Source: a virus (taxonomy: Duplodnaviria > Caudoviricetes). From it: 64,000 nucleotides of DNA. The position numbers and the translations under genes were made by a program. Positions 63,834 to 64,000 of this stretch are shown one piece after another. Every line of letters starts with the position of its first letter. Position 1 is the first letter of the stretch. The stretch spans positions 64,001-128,000 of the IMG/VR virus record IMGVR_UViG_3300036784_000146. One strand, given 5' to 3'. The notes under the pieces are model-generated. The model did no database searches and was not told where the DNA came from. It worked only from the letters and a program-made list of their open reading frames with translations.

Positions 63834-64000
63834 GTGAGCGAGGGATCCAGCAACCTCACCAATGCGGTGGTTGACCAACTGATCGCCCCGCTCACCGATT
63901 CTTTGCCTCAAGAGCCCACCGAGATCGACGACCTCGAAACCGAGCAGCGTAAGTCGATCTTCGAGAAGATCCGCTTCAACTGGCGCCCTGAGGATCAGAC
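63834..64000 (+). CDS. Hypothetical protein, 3'-truncated by window edge
   Basis: GTG 63834, frame open to the edge, GC3-rich. Confidence 0.55.
   Translation, partial: MSEGSSNLTNAVVDQLIAPLTDSLPQEPTEIDDLETEQRKSIFEKIRFNWRPEDQ

Noticed and set aside
1-64000. Prophage, tailocin or eCIS interpretation
   Set aside because: No integrase, att site or host genes in view, and a full phage replisome is present; lifestyle cannot be settled from this window alone

Overview
The window is a continuous, GC-rich (about 65% by eye) segment of a large actinobacteriophage with a contractile tail. Its organisation resembles cluster C (Bxz1/Myrna-type) mycobacteriophages, and the host is most likely Mycobacteriales (cutinase/LysB-like domains, a DUF732-like protein, IPGLDASKIISG tail repeats). 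Bases 1-33.7 kb are a + strand virion operon: head-tail joining genes, two inserted enzyme genes, sheath, tube, a frameshifted chaperone, tape measure, a hub with two peptidoglycan hydrolases, a ~2320-aa repeat/CBM tail protein, and baseplate W/J/I-like genes with tandem cutinase domains. Bases 33.7-48 kb hold small early or accessory genes behind repeated promoter/RBS motifs, with divergent SNF2 and UvrD helicases flanking a 640-bp structured intergenic region. Bases 48-64 kb are a replication/recombination operon (DnaC-like, DnaB, primase, J-domain protein, SSB, DnaE, RecA, two resolvase-like nucleases, SLOG, Cas4-like). The most notable observations are: (i) a perfect host-type parS palindrome inside a small tail-region gene; (ii) a NadD-like nucleotidyltransferase and an ART+ParB fusion that share a 15-aa N-terminal leader and sit among head-tail genes, a candidate capsid-targeted, injected NAD-effector system; (iii) an active plus a dead cutinase inserted in the baseplate wedge; (iv) an aminotransferase homologue lacking its PLP lysine; (v) a self-contained leaderless promoter-peptide-terminator cassette. 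All functional calls come from motif reading and synteny; no searches were run. No tRNA, rRNA, CRISPR array, integrase or transposase was seen.
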